A DNA stretch of 34,659 bases from Candidatus Thiodiazotropha sp. (GCA_037384565.1 JARRNW010000005.1:1-34659), one strand, 5' to 3'; shown: positions 12,001 through 19,542, numbered from the stretch's first letter. The notes: a model not told the origin generated them from the letters alone. Program-made: numbers and translations.

Positions 12001-13258
12001 TCTGGTCGCCTACTATACCGGATCTGAGCAGCTGGATGTTGCGACACTGCGCCAGATAGTGGCGCAACGGCTACCCTCCTACATGGTGCCTTCAGCTTAT
12101 GTGTGGTTGAGCGCCTTGCCACTGACGATTAATGGCAAGCTGGATCAGCGAAGACTGCCAAAGCCGATGGACGAAGCTTATGCGACGCATACCTACGAGC
12201 CGCCACAGGGCGAGATCGAAACGGCCTTGGCGCGACTCTGGTGCGAATTGCTGGACAGAGAGAGGATAGGCCGACAGCACGATTTTTTCGAACTCGGCGG
12301 CCACTCGTTGCTGGCGGTGCGGATGATCTCTCGGTTACAGGATGATTTCGACCTGGAAGTGCATCTGCGCGAACTGTTCTCCAATCCCACGTTGGCCGCT
12401 TTTGCCAAGCGGGTGACACGAACCGGGGGGGATGCGCTAGCATCCAATCTCACGGTGTTTCGAAACACGGGTTCAAGCGCTCCTCTCTTCTTTATTCACG
12501 AAGGGAGCGGGGGCATCGGATTCGTTCGGGCGTTGCTCCCCGGTATCGACGCCGAAATTCCCGTATATGGCCTGTCGGCGATAGGCCAGCTCTCGGATGA
12601 ACAGCCGTTGGAAAGCGTGGAGGCGATGGCAGCCGTCTATCTACAAGCCGTACGCCCAATCCAACCCACCGGACCTTATCGATTCGCCGGTTGGAGCTTC
12701 GGTGGGAAGGTGGCATTTGAAATGGCGCGTCAATTGTTGGCTGTGGATGAACGGGTCGAGTTTCTCGGTATGCTGGACACCTATTTTGCTGCCCCGTTCG
12801 ATGTTACACCGTCCGCGCTGTATTACCTGCAGTATCTTCTGCGCTATCTTCTGCCTGAGGGTTGTGAGCCTGCGGATGAGTTGAGTAAGCGTCTGCAGAA
12901 ACTCTCGTCGGTCGGCGATACGCAGGGCATGTTGAGAGCCTGTCAGGAGGATGGATTGTTTCCTGCCGATGTCACTCTCGATACCCTCGAGCGCCACTTT
13001 GCGACAGGGCGGGCCATTTTTCATGCGAACATAGACTATGTGCCGCCTCGCTTGCCGGTGACGGTGAGCTATTTTGAGGCGTCGGAAGAGCAGCGGGGCG
13101 CTATCGACTGGTGGAAGGGGTGGACTACCGTGAGTGATAGAACTGTCCGCATTCCGGTATCGGGAACGCATCGGACAATGGTTGAGCCGCCCTATGCCGA
13201 GGGTTTAGGGGGTAGGATCTCACTGGAGATATCCCGTGTTTCAGAAGATCCGGGTTAG
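3002..13258 (+). CDS. Trimodular non-ribosomal peptide synthetase: C(starter)-A-T-C(dual E/C-like)-A-T-C-A-T-TE
   Basis: 3418-aa ORF with a GTG start and GAGG upstream. C motifs HHIIVDG (~3404), HHLVMDH (~6611) and QHIASDG (~9713). Three A domains with YTSGSTGxPKG, YGPTE, Y(K/R)TGDL, QVKIRGFRIE and NGK. Three T domains with FFELGGHSLL. C-terminal thioesterase GWSFG (~12689) with a late His (GTHRTM). Confidence 0.97.
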   Translation: MSEDYALTSVQQVIWMDQMLSHQSPCYNLGAILKIEGPFDKNVLNAAFSDVVNANDALRIVIRSEGNTVRQYVEPNVNVELECVDFSDGADARGHARDHILSLFNAPFKLEGGLLWNAQLVRESETLVYMVNCYHHIIVDGTSVSLICQAIADRYNQYLKNESHDQYSGVSYLKFLRDDQKYLSSSRYEQDAGYWQSRFAIMPSLLFSPSDKSNHVFTNSDSKVLLTIKRIRYRELKALSHKFGCTITHAMTAILVLYFARVSRLDEVVIGMPVHNRSGAHRKRAIGVFASVIPLGVSVDVQMSFDQLMNRVAGEMRRCYRHQRFPIADINRLLRLAQSGRRQLFDVIFSFEEFPVNLNLGETKINVRAIRHRFEQTTLAMHLQDYHLDGDVVMEFNYDPDLLERPLVEDMCQRIDLLISAVLKEGGGCPVGHLSWLRNEERQQVLYGWNATAVDYPKERFFHTLFEQYAKDRPQTIALVEGDTEFSYEVLNQQANRLAHYLRKQGVVPDSLVAICMGRCASMVVSLLATLKAGGGYMPLDPSYPQERLAYMLEDSKPLILLMDSVGERALRDVFLTGYCVNVQTAAALWEGLPADNLSPERVGLRPRHLAYVIYTSGSTGRPKGVMVEHRNLNGLITKAAVFGVQPGDRILQFASLSFDASVGELVMALCNGGCLCLAEREALVPGDALLDTLSQLRVTHIILPPSAMVLCKPEYLPSCVKTVISGGEVLAVRTARSWAKHVGLINAYGPTEITLFATSQLCGPDSSDPVPIGRPVANARIYILDRECQPVPVGGEGEIYIGGDGVVRGYLNRPGLTSERFLPDPFQGHTKCRIYKTGDLGRWCEDGSIEFLGRNDQQVKIRGFRIELGEVEAVLAKVEGVDEAVVAAREDGEAGPRLVAYYLGDEGLEVETLRSTAVHCLPAYMVPSAYVRLSELPLTPNGKLDRRSLPAPEEEAYGERTYEPPQGELETNLARHWSELLQVSQIGRRDNFFELGGHSLLAVKLASRLHAEGLVMDIGTLYRTPTLFELAAHTCCMNEISEAPPNRVPEGADAITPEMLSMVSMSQVSIDRIVKQVAGGAANVADIYPLGPLQEGILFHSLTSQGQDPYLLSARLGFTQRAALDRFLNALQRVIDRHDVLRTSFFWDGLEEPVQVVWRQARLPVAFVASATEMACLDIGEAPLLRCLVSEVTGHWVLTLLVHHLVMDHTALDVLLEETWALEHDEGVDLPAPVPYRDYVAQARLGLSQEAHEAFFSELLGDIDEPTAPFGLLDVQGDGGGLSEFRQALSPSLAMAIRVQARRLGVSAASIAHLAWGLVLSRTTGRASVVFGTVLFGRMHGGKEAERGLGLFINTLPLRIDVDDRGVEASLKALHGLLLELLRHEHAPLTLAQHCSGLAGQTPLFSSLLNYRYSAPETLETDVGREVELLEAVERTNYPVNLSVDDLGEGFVLTAQVLAPVNAQRLCAYMEQALEQLVLALASGSTEGVAELDILPQAERHRLLYEWNATQRDYPKDQSVPQLLEQWAMLTPDALAVIEGDRHLTYRALNESANRLAHAMIAVGVGPGDRVALALPRSSELIVAELAVLKAGALYVPLDDALPPVRRAFILNDSEAKLVVTRQAHELPGIDRQPLCIALESLDLGSYPKQAPAVSVGGETGACVMYTSGSTGTPKGVVITQRGIVRLVINNGFLDFRENERVAVSANPAFDASTLEVWGALLNGSVAVVVDADTFLDAFRLAALIEAQEIRVLFLTTALFNQYSQVIPQTLGGLRCLLSGGERADVAAFARLRALGGPQYLFNGYGPTEVTTLALTHCVVAVEPGSDTIPIGRPIGNTTAYLLDERLRPVPIGVAGELYLGGAGVAQGYLNRPALTAEHFLENPFQPNDRVYRTGDLCRWQDDGIMEFLGRNDDQVKIRGFRIEPGEVEAVLCAVAGVSEVAVVVRGKETNAPHLVAYYTGDPSLAVEMLRLEASQRLPGYMVPVAYLWLEALPLTPNGKRDLSALPAPDEVSDGVRDYEAPQGALERRLAQLWQELLQVKRVGRRDNFFELGGHSLLAVRLVSRLRGEGLAVAIGALFEHPELAELAACLDAASIPPRAAIPAVDRSGPLPLSPMQQRLWFLTQMEGASQAYHISGAISLRGRLDRGVLQRALQRIVERHEILRTRFVWLGGEGAQIVRDGAEPRFEYHELDGEREARRLSARHAGASFDLTLDPPLRVLLIRLREEEHVLQVVLQHIASDGWSVGRFLDELSQLYQAFLNDQADPLPTLPIQYGDYAVWQRERLSPAVMEAESRFWREQLKGVPVRLELPWDRPRPVQQCYEGASLSVRLEEGLSERLRALCRRQGVTLYMALLASWGALLGRLSGQDEVVIGSPVAGRNQEEVEPLIGFFVNTLAMRIDLKGEPDVTQLLLRVKEAVLSAQAHQDLPFDQVVEVLKPPRSTAYAPFFQVMFAWQSELTGELKLPNVTVESWEVPVNTAQYDLTLSLEERAGGIEGSLNYATALFDQETVERYLRYWQHGLEALVADEQAMVARLPLMSPQEGRQLLYELSGAERDSLKKTSSVQAFERWAHRTPDVVAVIDGDRRLTYQALDEKANRLSHAMIAGGVVPGDRVGVALPRSIELVIAELAVLKAGAAYVPLDDLLPEARQIFMLEDSQAKLLLTKSDKVLPATRQPLNRIDLDRVDLSPYSGMLPAVMSDSEAPAYIMYTSGSTGTPKGVVTPQAGVVRLVIDNGYLDFRQEERVGFAATPAFDASTFEVWGALLNGGALVVVDADTLLEASRLAALIETRKIGVMFFTTSLFNQYTLEIPQALCRLRCLLCGGERADAAAFARLLKSDAPPRLLNCYGPTESTTFALTHTVEAVEEGDVTIPIGRPIGNTRVYLLDEFLQPVPVGVAGELYIGGAGVALGYLNRPELTAERFLEDPFQPGGRLYRTGDLGRWRSDGSVDYLGRTDQQVKIRGFRIEPGEIESVLVEAEGVREAAVVVRGASDNSPALVAYYTGSEQLDVATLRQIVAQRLPSYMVPSAYVWLSALPLTINGKLDQRRLPKPMDEAYATHTYEPPQGEIETALARLWCELLDRERIGRQHDFFELGGHSLLAVRMISRLQDDFDLEVHLRELFSNPTLAAFAKRVTRTGGDALASNLTVFRNTGSSAPLFFIHEGSGGIGFVRALLPGIDAEIPVYGLSAIGQLSDEQPLESVEAMAAVYLQAVRPIQPTGPYRFAGWSFGGKVAFEMARQLLAVDERVEFLGMLDTYFAAPFDVTPSALYYLQYLLRYLLPEGCEPADELSKRLQKLSSVGDTQGMLRACQEDGLFPADVTLDTLERHFATGRAIFHANIDYVPPRLPVTVSYFEASEEQRGAIDWWKGWTTVSDRTVRIPVSGTHRTMVEPPYAEGLGGRISLEISRVSEDPG

Positions 13259-13331
13259 GCTCTGTATTATGAAAATATGTTACGAAATGAACTGACAATA
13301 AATATCACTTGCTGTCCCGCTTATTCTCTCT

Positions 13332-13367
13332 CCCGCAGGAGGGTGTTGTAACAGCCTGTCCTGCGGG
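13332..13367. repeat. Inverted repeat / hairpin downstream of the NRPS
   Basis: CCCGCAGGA (13332-13340) pairs perfectly with TCCTGCGGG (13359-13367); the inner GGGTGTT/AACAGCC pairs with one mismatch. No U-tract, so not a canonical intrinsic terminator. Confidence 0.55.
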
Positions 13368-13387
13368 TGGAAAAGGTCCGAAAATAC

Positions 13388-13483
13388 TCGGCATATATCG
13401 TAACAGAGGGCATTTTAGAGGCCATTATGGACTTGCTCTTACGTAAGATTATTGGCTGGTCTCTGGATGCCACTATGATTTGA
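13388..13483 (+). pseudogene. IS3-family transposase (integrase core) remnant
   Basis: Not in the ORF track. Reads SAYIVTEGILEAIMDLLLRKIIGWSLDATMI*, resembling the IS3 OrfB core TYIxTxEGWLYLAxxxDLxSRKIxGW. Only ~30 codons remain. Confidence 0.55.
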
Positions 13484-13815
13484 CTTGTGTGGCAACAAAT
13501 GAAGCATCTGGGTACTTCGAAGAAACCGTTGATAAACGGCGAATCGTTAAAGAGCAAAGCAACATCGGATTTGCAATCTATAAAGGATAACAAGTCCTTG
13601 ATCAGGTCATTCTTTGAGCATGAATGTGTGTGTTTTGCTGCGGCCTAGGTAGTAGTGTGTCAAATGCTCTTATTTCACAATCGATCACTCATCAGACCGA
13701 TAGGTATTTCTTACCAGCCATATGGGCATACCACACGGATTACCCGGATACACATCCTAACAGACCATATTGTTCGGAGTGATGAGTCTCTATATAGTTG
13801 GAGGGGCAGGTTAGT

Positions 13816-14013
13816 ATCAATCACTACGGATTTCTGGCGGCTTGTTGCCGCACACAGCGTTTGGCGCAGATTCGCGAAGCACTGGCGCAACCGGTACCCA
13901 CAGATCAGGCAGCGAGCAAGAATGGTGAAACACCCGATCCGCCCTGTCCGATCTGCAGGATCGGAATCTTGAGATTGATCGGTGAGTTACTACCCGGGAG
14001 GGTCGTAACATAG
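13816..14013 (+). pseudogene. IS91-family (rolling-circle) transposase, C-terminal remnant
   Basis: INHYGFLAACCRTQRLAQIREAL...CPICRIGILRLIGEL matches the IS91-type C-terminus (IRHYGFLAN ... CPxC). The N-terminal part is absent. Confidence 0.7.
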
Positions 14014-14304
14014 ACGAAACAACGATGAACCACGACTGAGGAAGTAAATTCATCTGAGTATCGTTGGTCCGTTCTAACAGGCCCTATGGGCCCCTGCGTT
14101 AGTAACTGGAAATTATTTAACAATGGAGCTAGGTTTGGGAAATAGGGAGCTCCAGGGAGCGCAACAATGGTCGATGAAGGCCAGAGAAGAGTTACTTTGT
14201 CTAAAGCATTCGTTAAATACTATTATGTAGGTTGATGTTTTTTACGAACTCGTTATAAATACTCATCAAATTAGAGAAATTAATTTTACAGGATTAGTGA
14301 AGAT

Positions 14305-17300
14305 ATGGGATTGCAGGCTCCTTCTAGTAAGTGTTTCCTCGGTATTTCAGTCAATTTTCTCGCAGTATTTTTTCTATTCATTTCAGCTACAACGCAATCC
14401 TATGCGGCAACAGCACTCACTTCGGATGACTTCGAATCTGGCATGGGTGGCTGGGTCAATGTATCGAGTGGAGACAATAAGAATTGGACAAGGGACTCGG
14501 CAGGTACGCCATCCAGCAATACCGGCCCCTCAACCGGCTCTGGAGGGAGCAGTTACTACGTCTATCTGGAGACCTCTTCGGGGACAGCCTATACTGCCGG
14601 TGATACCGCGATACTGTTGGGACCGGCCGTAAGTGGTAGGGTTATTCACTTTAAGTTCGACTATCACATGTATGGCAGCAATACGGGTACGCTGGCGGTG
14701 GATGTGTTGTCCGGGGGTGTCTGGGTCGATGGTGTCTGGTCCATCTCAGGGCAACAACAGAGCAGTAGTGCCGCAGCTTATACGACCAAAGAGTTGGATC
14801 TTAGTGGTTATGATGTTTCTCAAATCCGTTTCCGTGCCATTGCGGCGGGGGGATATATGGGGGACATGGCCATCGATAACGTGGAAATCAGCACGGCAGC
14901 GTCAGGGCCTGTCGCCCCGGAGTTTGTTTCCGATCCCTTGACCAAACCTGAGGCCCGCGAGAACCGGGCCTATGCCGAATCCCTCGCTGCCGATGCTGTC
15001 GATGTCAATGGCGATAGTTTGACCTTTCGTAAAGTAAGCGGTCCTGCTTGGTTGACTGTTGCTGCGGATGGAGGCCTTTCAGGTACGCCGCTAGCCTCAG
15101 ATATAGGTCTGAACAGCTTCGAAGTCGAAGTGAGTAATGGCCAATTCTCAAGCCGGGGCACATTGGAAATCGAAGCGTTAGACAGCAGCGCGCCGCAAGT
15201 GCTGAGCAACAGCGATTTTGAGAATGGCCTGGGGGAGTGGCATAACGTCACCAACGGCGACAACAAGGATTGGGTGCTTGATTCATATGGCACGCCGTCA
15301 TCCGGCACCGGGCCGTCTACGGGTGCCGATGGCAGCACTTTTTATGTCTATCTGGAAACCTCCTCCGGGGCGGCATTCAATGCCGGCGATAGCGCTGTTT
15401 TGGAAGGGCCGCCGATATCCGGATCCGGGATTCAGCTTGATTTTCACTATCACATGTTTGGATCGAACATGGGCACTCTGTCGGTCGATGTGTTGAGCGC
15501 TAATGTCTGGGTTAACGATGTTTGGTCGATCTCTGGACAGCAGCAAGCAAGCAATTCAGCGCCCTACGCCACTGCACGGGTCGATCTCAGCGGCTACAAC
15601 GTTTCTCAAATACGCTTTCGTGCTACTGCGATCGGCGGTTTCCAGGGCGATATGGCTATTGATAACCTGGTCATCAGCAATCTAGCACAGAGCCCGGTGC
15701 CGCCTCAGTTTTTGGCAGACCCCATAGCCAAACCGGATGCGAAAGCGCTTCAGCCCTATAGCGAGAGCATCGCTGCCGACGCAAGGGACGATAATGGTGA
15801 TCCCCTGACCTTCAGCTTGATCTCGGGACCCGCCTGGTTGTCGGTTTCCCCTGACGGCACGCTGAGTGGTACCCCCTTACCTGAGAATATAGGGCTAAAT
15901 GCTTTCACGGTCGAAGTCAGCGATGGTGAATTTTCCTCTGCAGGCACGCTTGAGGTATTTGTGCAGGACAGCAATGCGCCTGTCGTGTTGTCCATCACCG
16001 ATTTCGAAAGTGGCATGGGTGATTGGAGGAGTACGACCGTTGGCGACAACAAGGAGTGGATTCGCGACTCGGGGGGGACACCATCCTCTAATACCGGTCC
16101 GACAACGGGTGGAGACGGGAGTCAATTCTATGCCTACCTGGAGACCTCGTTTGGCTTCGCCTATACAAGCGGTGATACGGCTATTCTTGAAGGTCCCGTC
16201 CTCTCCTCTGCGAACATCGAGTTGACTTTTCAATATCACATGTACGGCAGCAACATGGGTTCGCTCTCCGTGGATGTGTTGACCGCAGGGGGCTGGGTCC
16301 AAGACGTCTGGCGCAAAGCCGGGCAGCAGCACATGAGTGGAACTGAATCCTACACCATGGAACAGGTTGATCTTGGCGGATACGATGTCAATCAGATCAG
16401 GTTCAGGGCGGAGGCCGTTGGCGGCAATATGGGTGATATGGCCATCGACAATATCGCCATAAAAAGCACTACAAATAGTACGCCAGATACTGATGGCGAT
16501 GGTGTGGGCGATGATGTCGATCTCTGTCCGAATACACCCAACAATGAAACTGCCAACTCGGCTGGGTGCTCTCCCTCACAACTTGATAAGGATGGTGATG
16601 GCTATCTCGATTCGGTGGATGCTTTCCCGTCAGACCCGAACGAATGGCTCGATTCGGACGGCGACGGTATTGGCGACAATGGCGACCTGGACGACGACAA
16701 TGACGGTGTCGCCGACGTAGAGGATGACTTTCCGCTGGATGCCAGTGAGTCAACCGACACCGATGGTGACGGGATTGGAAACAATGCCGATACCGATGAT
16801 GACAACGATGGCGTATTGGATCTGGATGACGGCTATCCGCTCATCAGCCTAGCGGGTCTGCTGGATAGCGATGGTGATGGGATTCCCGACGACTGTGATA
16901 GTGGTTGTGCTCTACTGGGCATGCTTGCAGATACGGATGACGACGGTGATGGCGTACTCGACACCAGTGACGCCTTCCCGTTGGATCCCGCCGAGAGTAT
17001 CGATACCGACGGAGATTCAATCGGCAACAACGCAGATACGGATGACGATGATGACGGCGTGCTCGATATCAACGATGCGTTTCCTCTGGACCCAGCGGAA
17101 TCTCTCGATACCGACGCGGATGGTTTCGGTGATAACGCCGATGCGGACGATGACAATGACGGCGTGAACGACGTTGATGACATGTTCCCTAAGGATGCTA
17201 CCGAAACGATCGATACGGATAACGATGGAGTAGGAAACAACGCTGATCCCGATGATGACAACGACGGTATGCCGGATGCCTATGAAAACCTGTTCGAGGG

Positions 17301-19542
17301 CTTGGATCCGCTGGTCGATGACGCCAACGGGGATCTCGATGGCGATGGCGTAAGCAATATCGATGAGTACCTCGCGGGAACCAACCCCAGCAATGACGCT
17401 TTAATGGCATATGGCGTCGATCAGCTTGGTTATATCTATCAGATCGACCTGCTTACCGGTCAGACCAACGCAATTGGTTCGATACCTCGTAGCGGCTTTT
17501 TCTCGCCGTCGGGGGTGGCGATATCTCCCATGGGCGTCATGTTTTTAGTGGAATCCGTCAGCGACATCCTCTATACCGTAAACATTCACACCGGCCTATC
17601 AAAGCAGATAGGATCCCTCAATATGGATGCGGGCAAGGTGGGGCTGAGTTTTGATGATGCGGGAACCTTGTGGATGGTTTCGAGCGATGCAAATCTCTAC
17701 AGCATCGATACGGACAGCGGAAGTGCAACGCTAAAAGGGTATCTTGGCGTCAGTTCACTCGATTCACTGGCATGGGACGGCCAGGATCTCTACGCAATAG
17801 CCTCATCCGGCGTGAACTCGGTTTACCGCATCGACAGAGAGAGTGCATCGGCTACGGCCGTTGGCGATCTGCTGAATGTCGATCTCAGCGAACAATCGGG
17901 CCTGACCTTTCAGGCGAACGGCACGCTATGGGGAATCGAAAGTAACGGCACGATATTTACCATAGATAGAGCTACTGGTGAGGCTTACTCTCATGTGATG
18001 GTTACTGGTAGTACGTTTAAATCGTTAGCCATGCTCTTCGACAGTGATGGTGACGGGCTTCCCGATGGATGGGAATCGTCGTACGGGTTGGTAATCGACG
18101 ACGCATCGGATGCGGATTCTCACTACGATGAAGACGCATTAAACAATCTGGAAGAATTTCAGAAAGGTTCGAATCCACTGTTGAGCGATACCGATAGTGA
18201 CGGTGTCAATGACGATCTGGATGATTTTCCTCTCGACGAGACGGAGTGGTTGGACACGGATGCCGATGGCATCGGCAACAATGTCGACGACGATGACGAC
18301 AATGACGGTTTTGTCGATGAATCGGATCCCTTTCCCCTCGATTCCAACAAGCCGCAATGGGTAAAAGTGACTCATCACGACGTTCCTGGTATTGATTCAG
18401 GTGATCTGTTCGCCATCAGTGTTGCCGGTGTCGGCGATGTCGATGGTGATGGTTACGATGATTTTATCGTCGGCAGGAAAAACACCTACGTGAAGGTCTA
18501 TTCCGGTCGAGATGGAGGGGCCATTCATTCGCTTACTGGCCCGGCCTATTCAAATTATGGCGAGGTGGTTGCTGCTATAGGTGATATCGATGGGGATGGT
18601 GTCAAGGATTTCGCAGTTGCAGCACCTATAACAGGCCAGGTGTTCGTCTATTCCGGTGCTAGTGGTAATGCGGTGTTCACTTGGAGTGGTGTGGTCTCTT
18701 ATGGTGAGGCATTGGCTGATGCGGGTGACGTAAATAACGACGGCATCACTGATGTCATTATCGGTGCGTCGGATGATGACCTGAACGGAGCATTGAGCGG
18801 TGCGGGTTCAGTAGAGGTACGCTCCGGGGCCGATGGCGCTGTTCTGCACCGTATCCAAGGTGGAAATGAAAAAGGCTATTTAGGTTCCGCGGTAACCGGC
18901 CTGGGCGATATCAATAGCGATGGTTATGCTGATTTCGCATTGAAACGTTTCACGTCGTACACGTCTAATCGAGCGGTCGTCTCAATATATTCAGGTAGAA
19001 CCGGTGGCATAATCCGCAGCATAGACGGGTATTATGGATCCACGTTCGGCTATCGGTTGGAGAATATGGGCGATTTGGATGGTGACAATATCAATGATCT
19101 TGGTGTGAGCAGTCCTCAATCCGGTCCTTCAGACAGCGGTACAATCTATTTGGTATCGAGCAAGACTCTCAAATGGATATCATCCAAAAGTGGGGAAGCC
19201 TGGAGTCGTGCCGGTTATGGTCTGTCCAATGCCAGCGATTTTGACGGTGACGGTACCAATGACTATCTGATGAGTCTAAGTCATTCCGGGCAGGGTAAGG
19301 CTTGGCTGGTCTCGGGTGCGACGCAGAAAATAATCTATGAATTTTTGCCGCAAAGTGGTGATGACGATTACGGCTACGCTGTAGGATACGCAGGCGACGT
19401 TAACGGAGACGGCGCGGATGACTACATTATCGGCGCATCCGGCAATGGACGGGTCGAGGTGGTCAGCCTCCTGTTGGATAGCGACAGTGATGGTGTCGCT
19501 GATTCTCAGGATGCATTTCCAATGGATGATACCGCTCAATAG
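14305..19542 (+). CDS. Large secreted Ca-binding adhesin-like protein: signal peptide, MAM-Ig-MAM-Ig-MAM, thrombospondin type-3-like repeats, beta-propeller, FG-GAP repeats
   Basis: 1745 aa. Hydrophobic N-terminus ending in ...QSYA. Three MAM-like units (DFESGxGxW...TPSSxTGP...YxYLETS...FxYHMxGSNxGxL...GDMAIDN). Two putative Ig/cadherin-like units (DxNGDxLTF..SGPAWLxV...LSGTP). Many DxDxDGxxD..DxFPLD repeats. About six FG-GAP-like units (GDxxGDGxxD). Confidence 0.9.
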   Translation: MGLQAPSSKCFLGISVNFLAVFFLFISATTQSYAATALTSDDFESGMGGWVNVSSGDNKNWTRDSAGTPSSNTGPSTGSGGSSYYVYLETSSGTAYTAGDTAILLGPAVSGRVIHFKFDYHMYGSNTGTLAVDVLSGGVWVDGVWSISGQQQSSSAAAYTTKELDLSGYDVSQIRFRAIAAGGYMGDMAIDNVEISTAASGPVAPEFVSDPLTKPEARENRAYAESLAADAVDVNGDSLTFRKVSGPAWLTVAADGGLSGTPLASDIGLNSFEVEVSNGQFSSRGTLEIEALDSSAPQVLSNSDFENGLGEWHNVTNGDNKDWVLDSYGTPSSGTGPSTGADGSTFYVYLETSSGAAFNAGDSAVLEGPPISGSGIQLDFHYHMFGSNMGTLSVDVLSANVWVNDVWSISGQQQASNSAPYATARVDLSGYNVSQIRFRATAIGGFQGDMAIDNLVISNLAQSPVPPQFLADPIAKPDAKALQPYSESIAADARDDNGDPLTFSLISGPAWLSVSPDGTLSGTPLPENIGLNAFTVEVSDGEFSSAGTLEVFVQDSNAPVVLSITDFESGMGDWRSTTVGDNKEWIRDSGGTPSSNTGPTTGGDGSQFYAYLETSFGFAYTSGDTAILEGPVLSSANIELTFQYHMYGSNMGSLSVDVLTAGGWVQDVWRKAGQQHMSGTESYTMEQVDLGGYDVNQIRFRAEAVGGNMGDMAIDNIAIKSTTNSTPDTDGDGVGDDVDLCPNTPNNETANSAGCSPSQLDKDGDGYLDSVDAFPSDPNEWLDSDGDGIGDNGDLDDDNDGVADVEDDFPLDASESTDTDGDGIGNNADTDDDNDGVLDLDDGYPLISLAGLLDSDGDGIPDDCDSGCALLGMLADTDDDGDGVLDTSDAFPLDPAESIDTDGDSIGNNADTDDDDDGVLDINDAFPLDPAESLDTDADGFGDNADADDDNDGVNDVDDMFPKDATETIDTDNDGVGNNADPDDDNDGMPDAYENLFEGLDPLVDDANGDLDGDGVSNIDEYLAGTNPSNDALMAYGVDQLGYIYQIDLLTGQTNAIGSIPRSGFFSPSGVAISPMGVMFLVESVSDILYTVNIHTGLSKQIGSLNMDAGKVGLSFDDAGTLWMVSSDANLYSIDTDSGSATLKGYLGVSSLDSLAWDGQDLYAIASSGVNSVYRIDRESASATAVGDLLNVDLSEQSGLTFQANGTLWGIESNGTIFTIDRATGEAYSHVMVTGSTFKSLAMLFDSDGDGLPDGWESSYGLVIDDASDADSHYDEDALNNLEEFQKGSNPLLSDTDSDGVNDDLDDFPLDETEWLDTDADGIGNNVDDDDDNDGFVDESDPFPLDSNKPQWVKVTHHDVPGIDSGDLFAISVAGVGDVDGDGYDDFIVGRKNTYVKVYSGRDGGAIHSLTGPAYSNYGEVVAAIGDIDGDGVKDFAVAAPITGQVFVYSGASGNAVFTWSGVVSYGEALADAGDVNNDGITDVIIGASDDDLNGALSGAGSVEVRSGADGAVLHRIQGGNEKGYLGSAVTGLGDINSDGYADFALKRFTSYTSNRAVVSIYSGRTGGIIRSIDGYYGSTFGYRLENMGDLDGDNINDLGVSSPQSGPSDSGTIYLVSSKTLKWISSKSGEAWSRAGYGLSNASDFDGDGTNDYLMSLSHSGQGKAWLVSGATQKIIYEFLPQSGDDDYGYAVGYAGDVNGDGADDYIIGASGNGRVEVVSLLLDSDSDGVADSQDAFPMDDTAQ
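14425..16465 (+). repeat. Intragenic tandem triplication of the MAM(+Ig-like) unit, ~790-bp period
   Basis: DFE motifs start near 14428, 15214 and 16000. Each copy ends in GDMAIDN (~14860, ~15646, ~16432) with recognisable DNA similarity. Confidence 0.85.
16485..17390 (+). repeat. Array of Asp-rich thrombospondin type-3-like repeats
   Basis: Repeated ~36-aa unit DTDGDGIGNNADTDDDNDGVxDxxDAFPLDPxES. More copies at ~18040-18345 and at the C-terminus. Confidence 0.85.

Noticed and set aside
3020-13171. Many short alternative-frame and antisense ORFs inside the NRPS
   Set aside because: Fully nested in a motif-supported ORF, with the Arg/Pro/Ala-rich composition typical of off-frame translation.
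14073-14103. CTAAC...GTTAG imperfect hairpin resembling an integron attC
   Set aside because: Too short for attC, imperfect RYYYAAC/GTTRRRY boxes, and no integron integrase or cassette array.
16485-17390. Periodic DNA repeats that might suggest a CRISPR array or VNTR
   Set aside because: The repeats are degenerate, in frame and explained by the protein repeat; no identical repeats with unique spacers and no cas genes.
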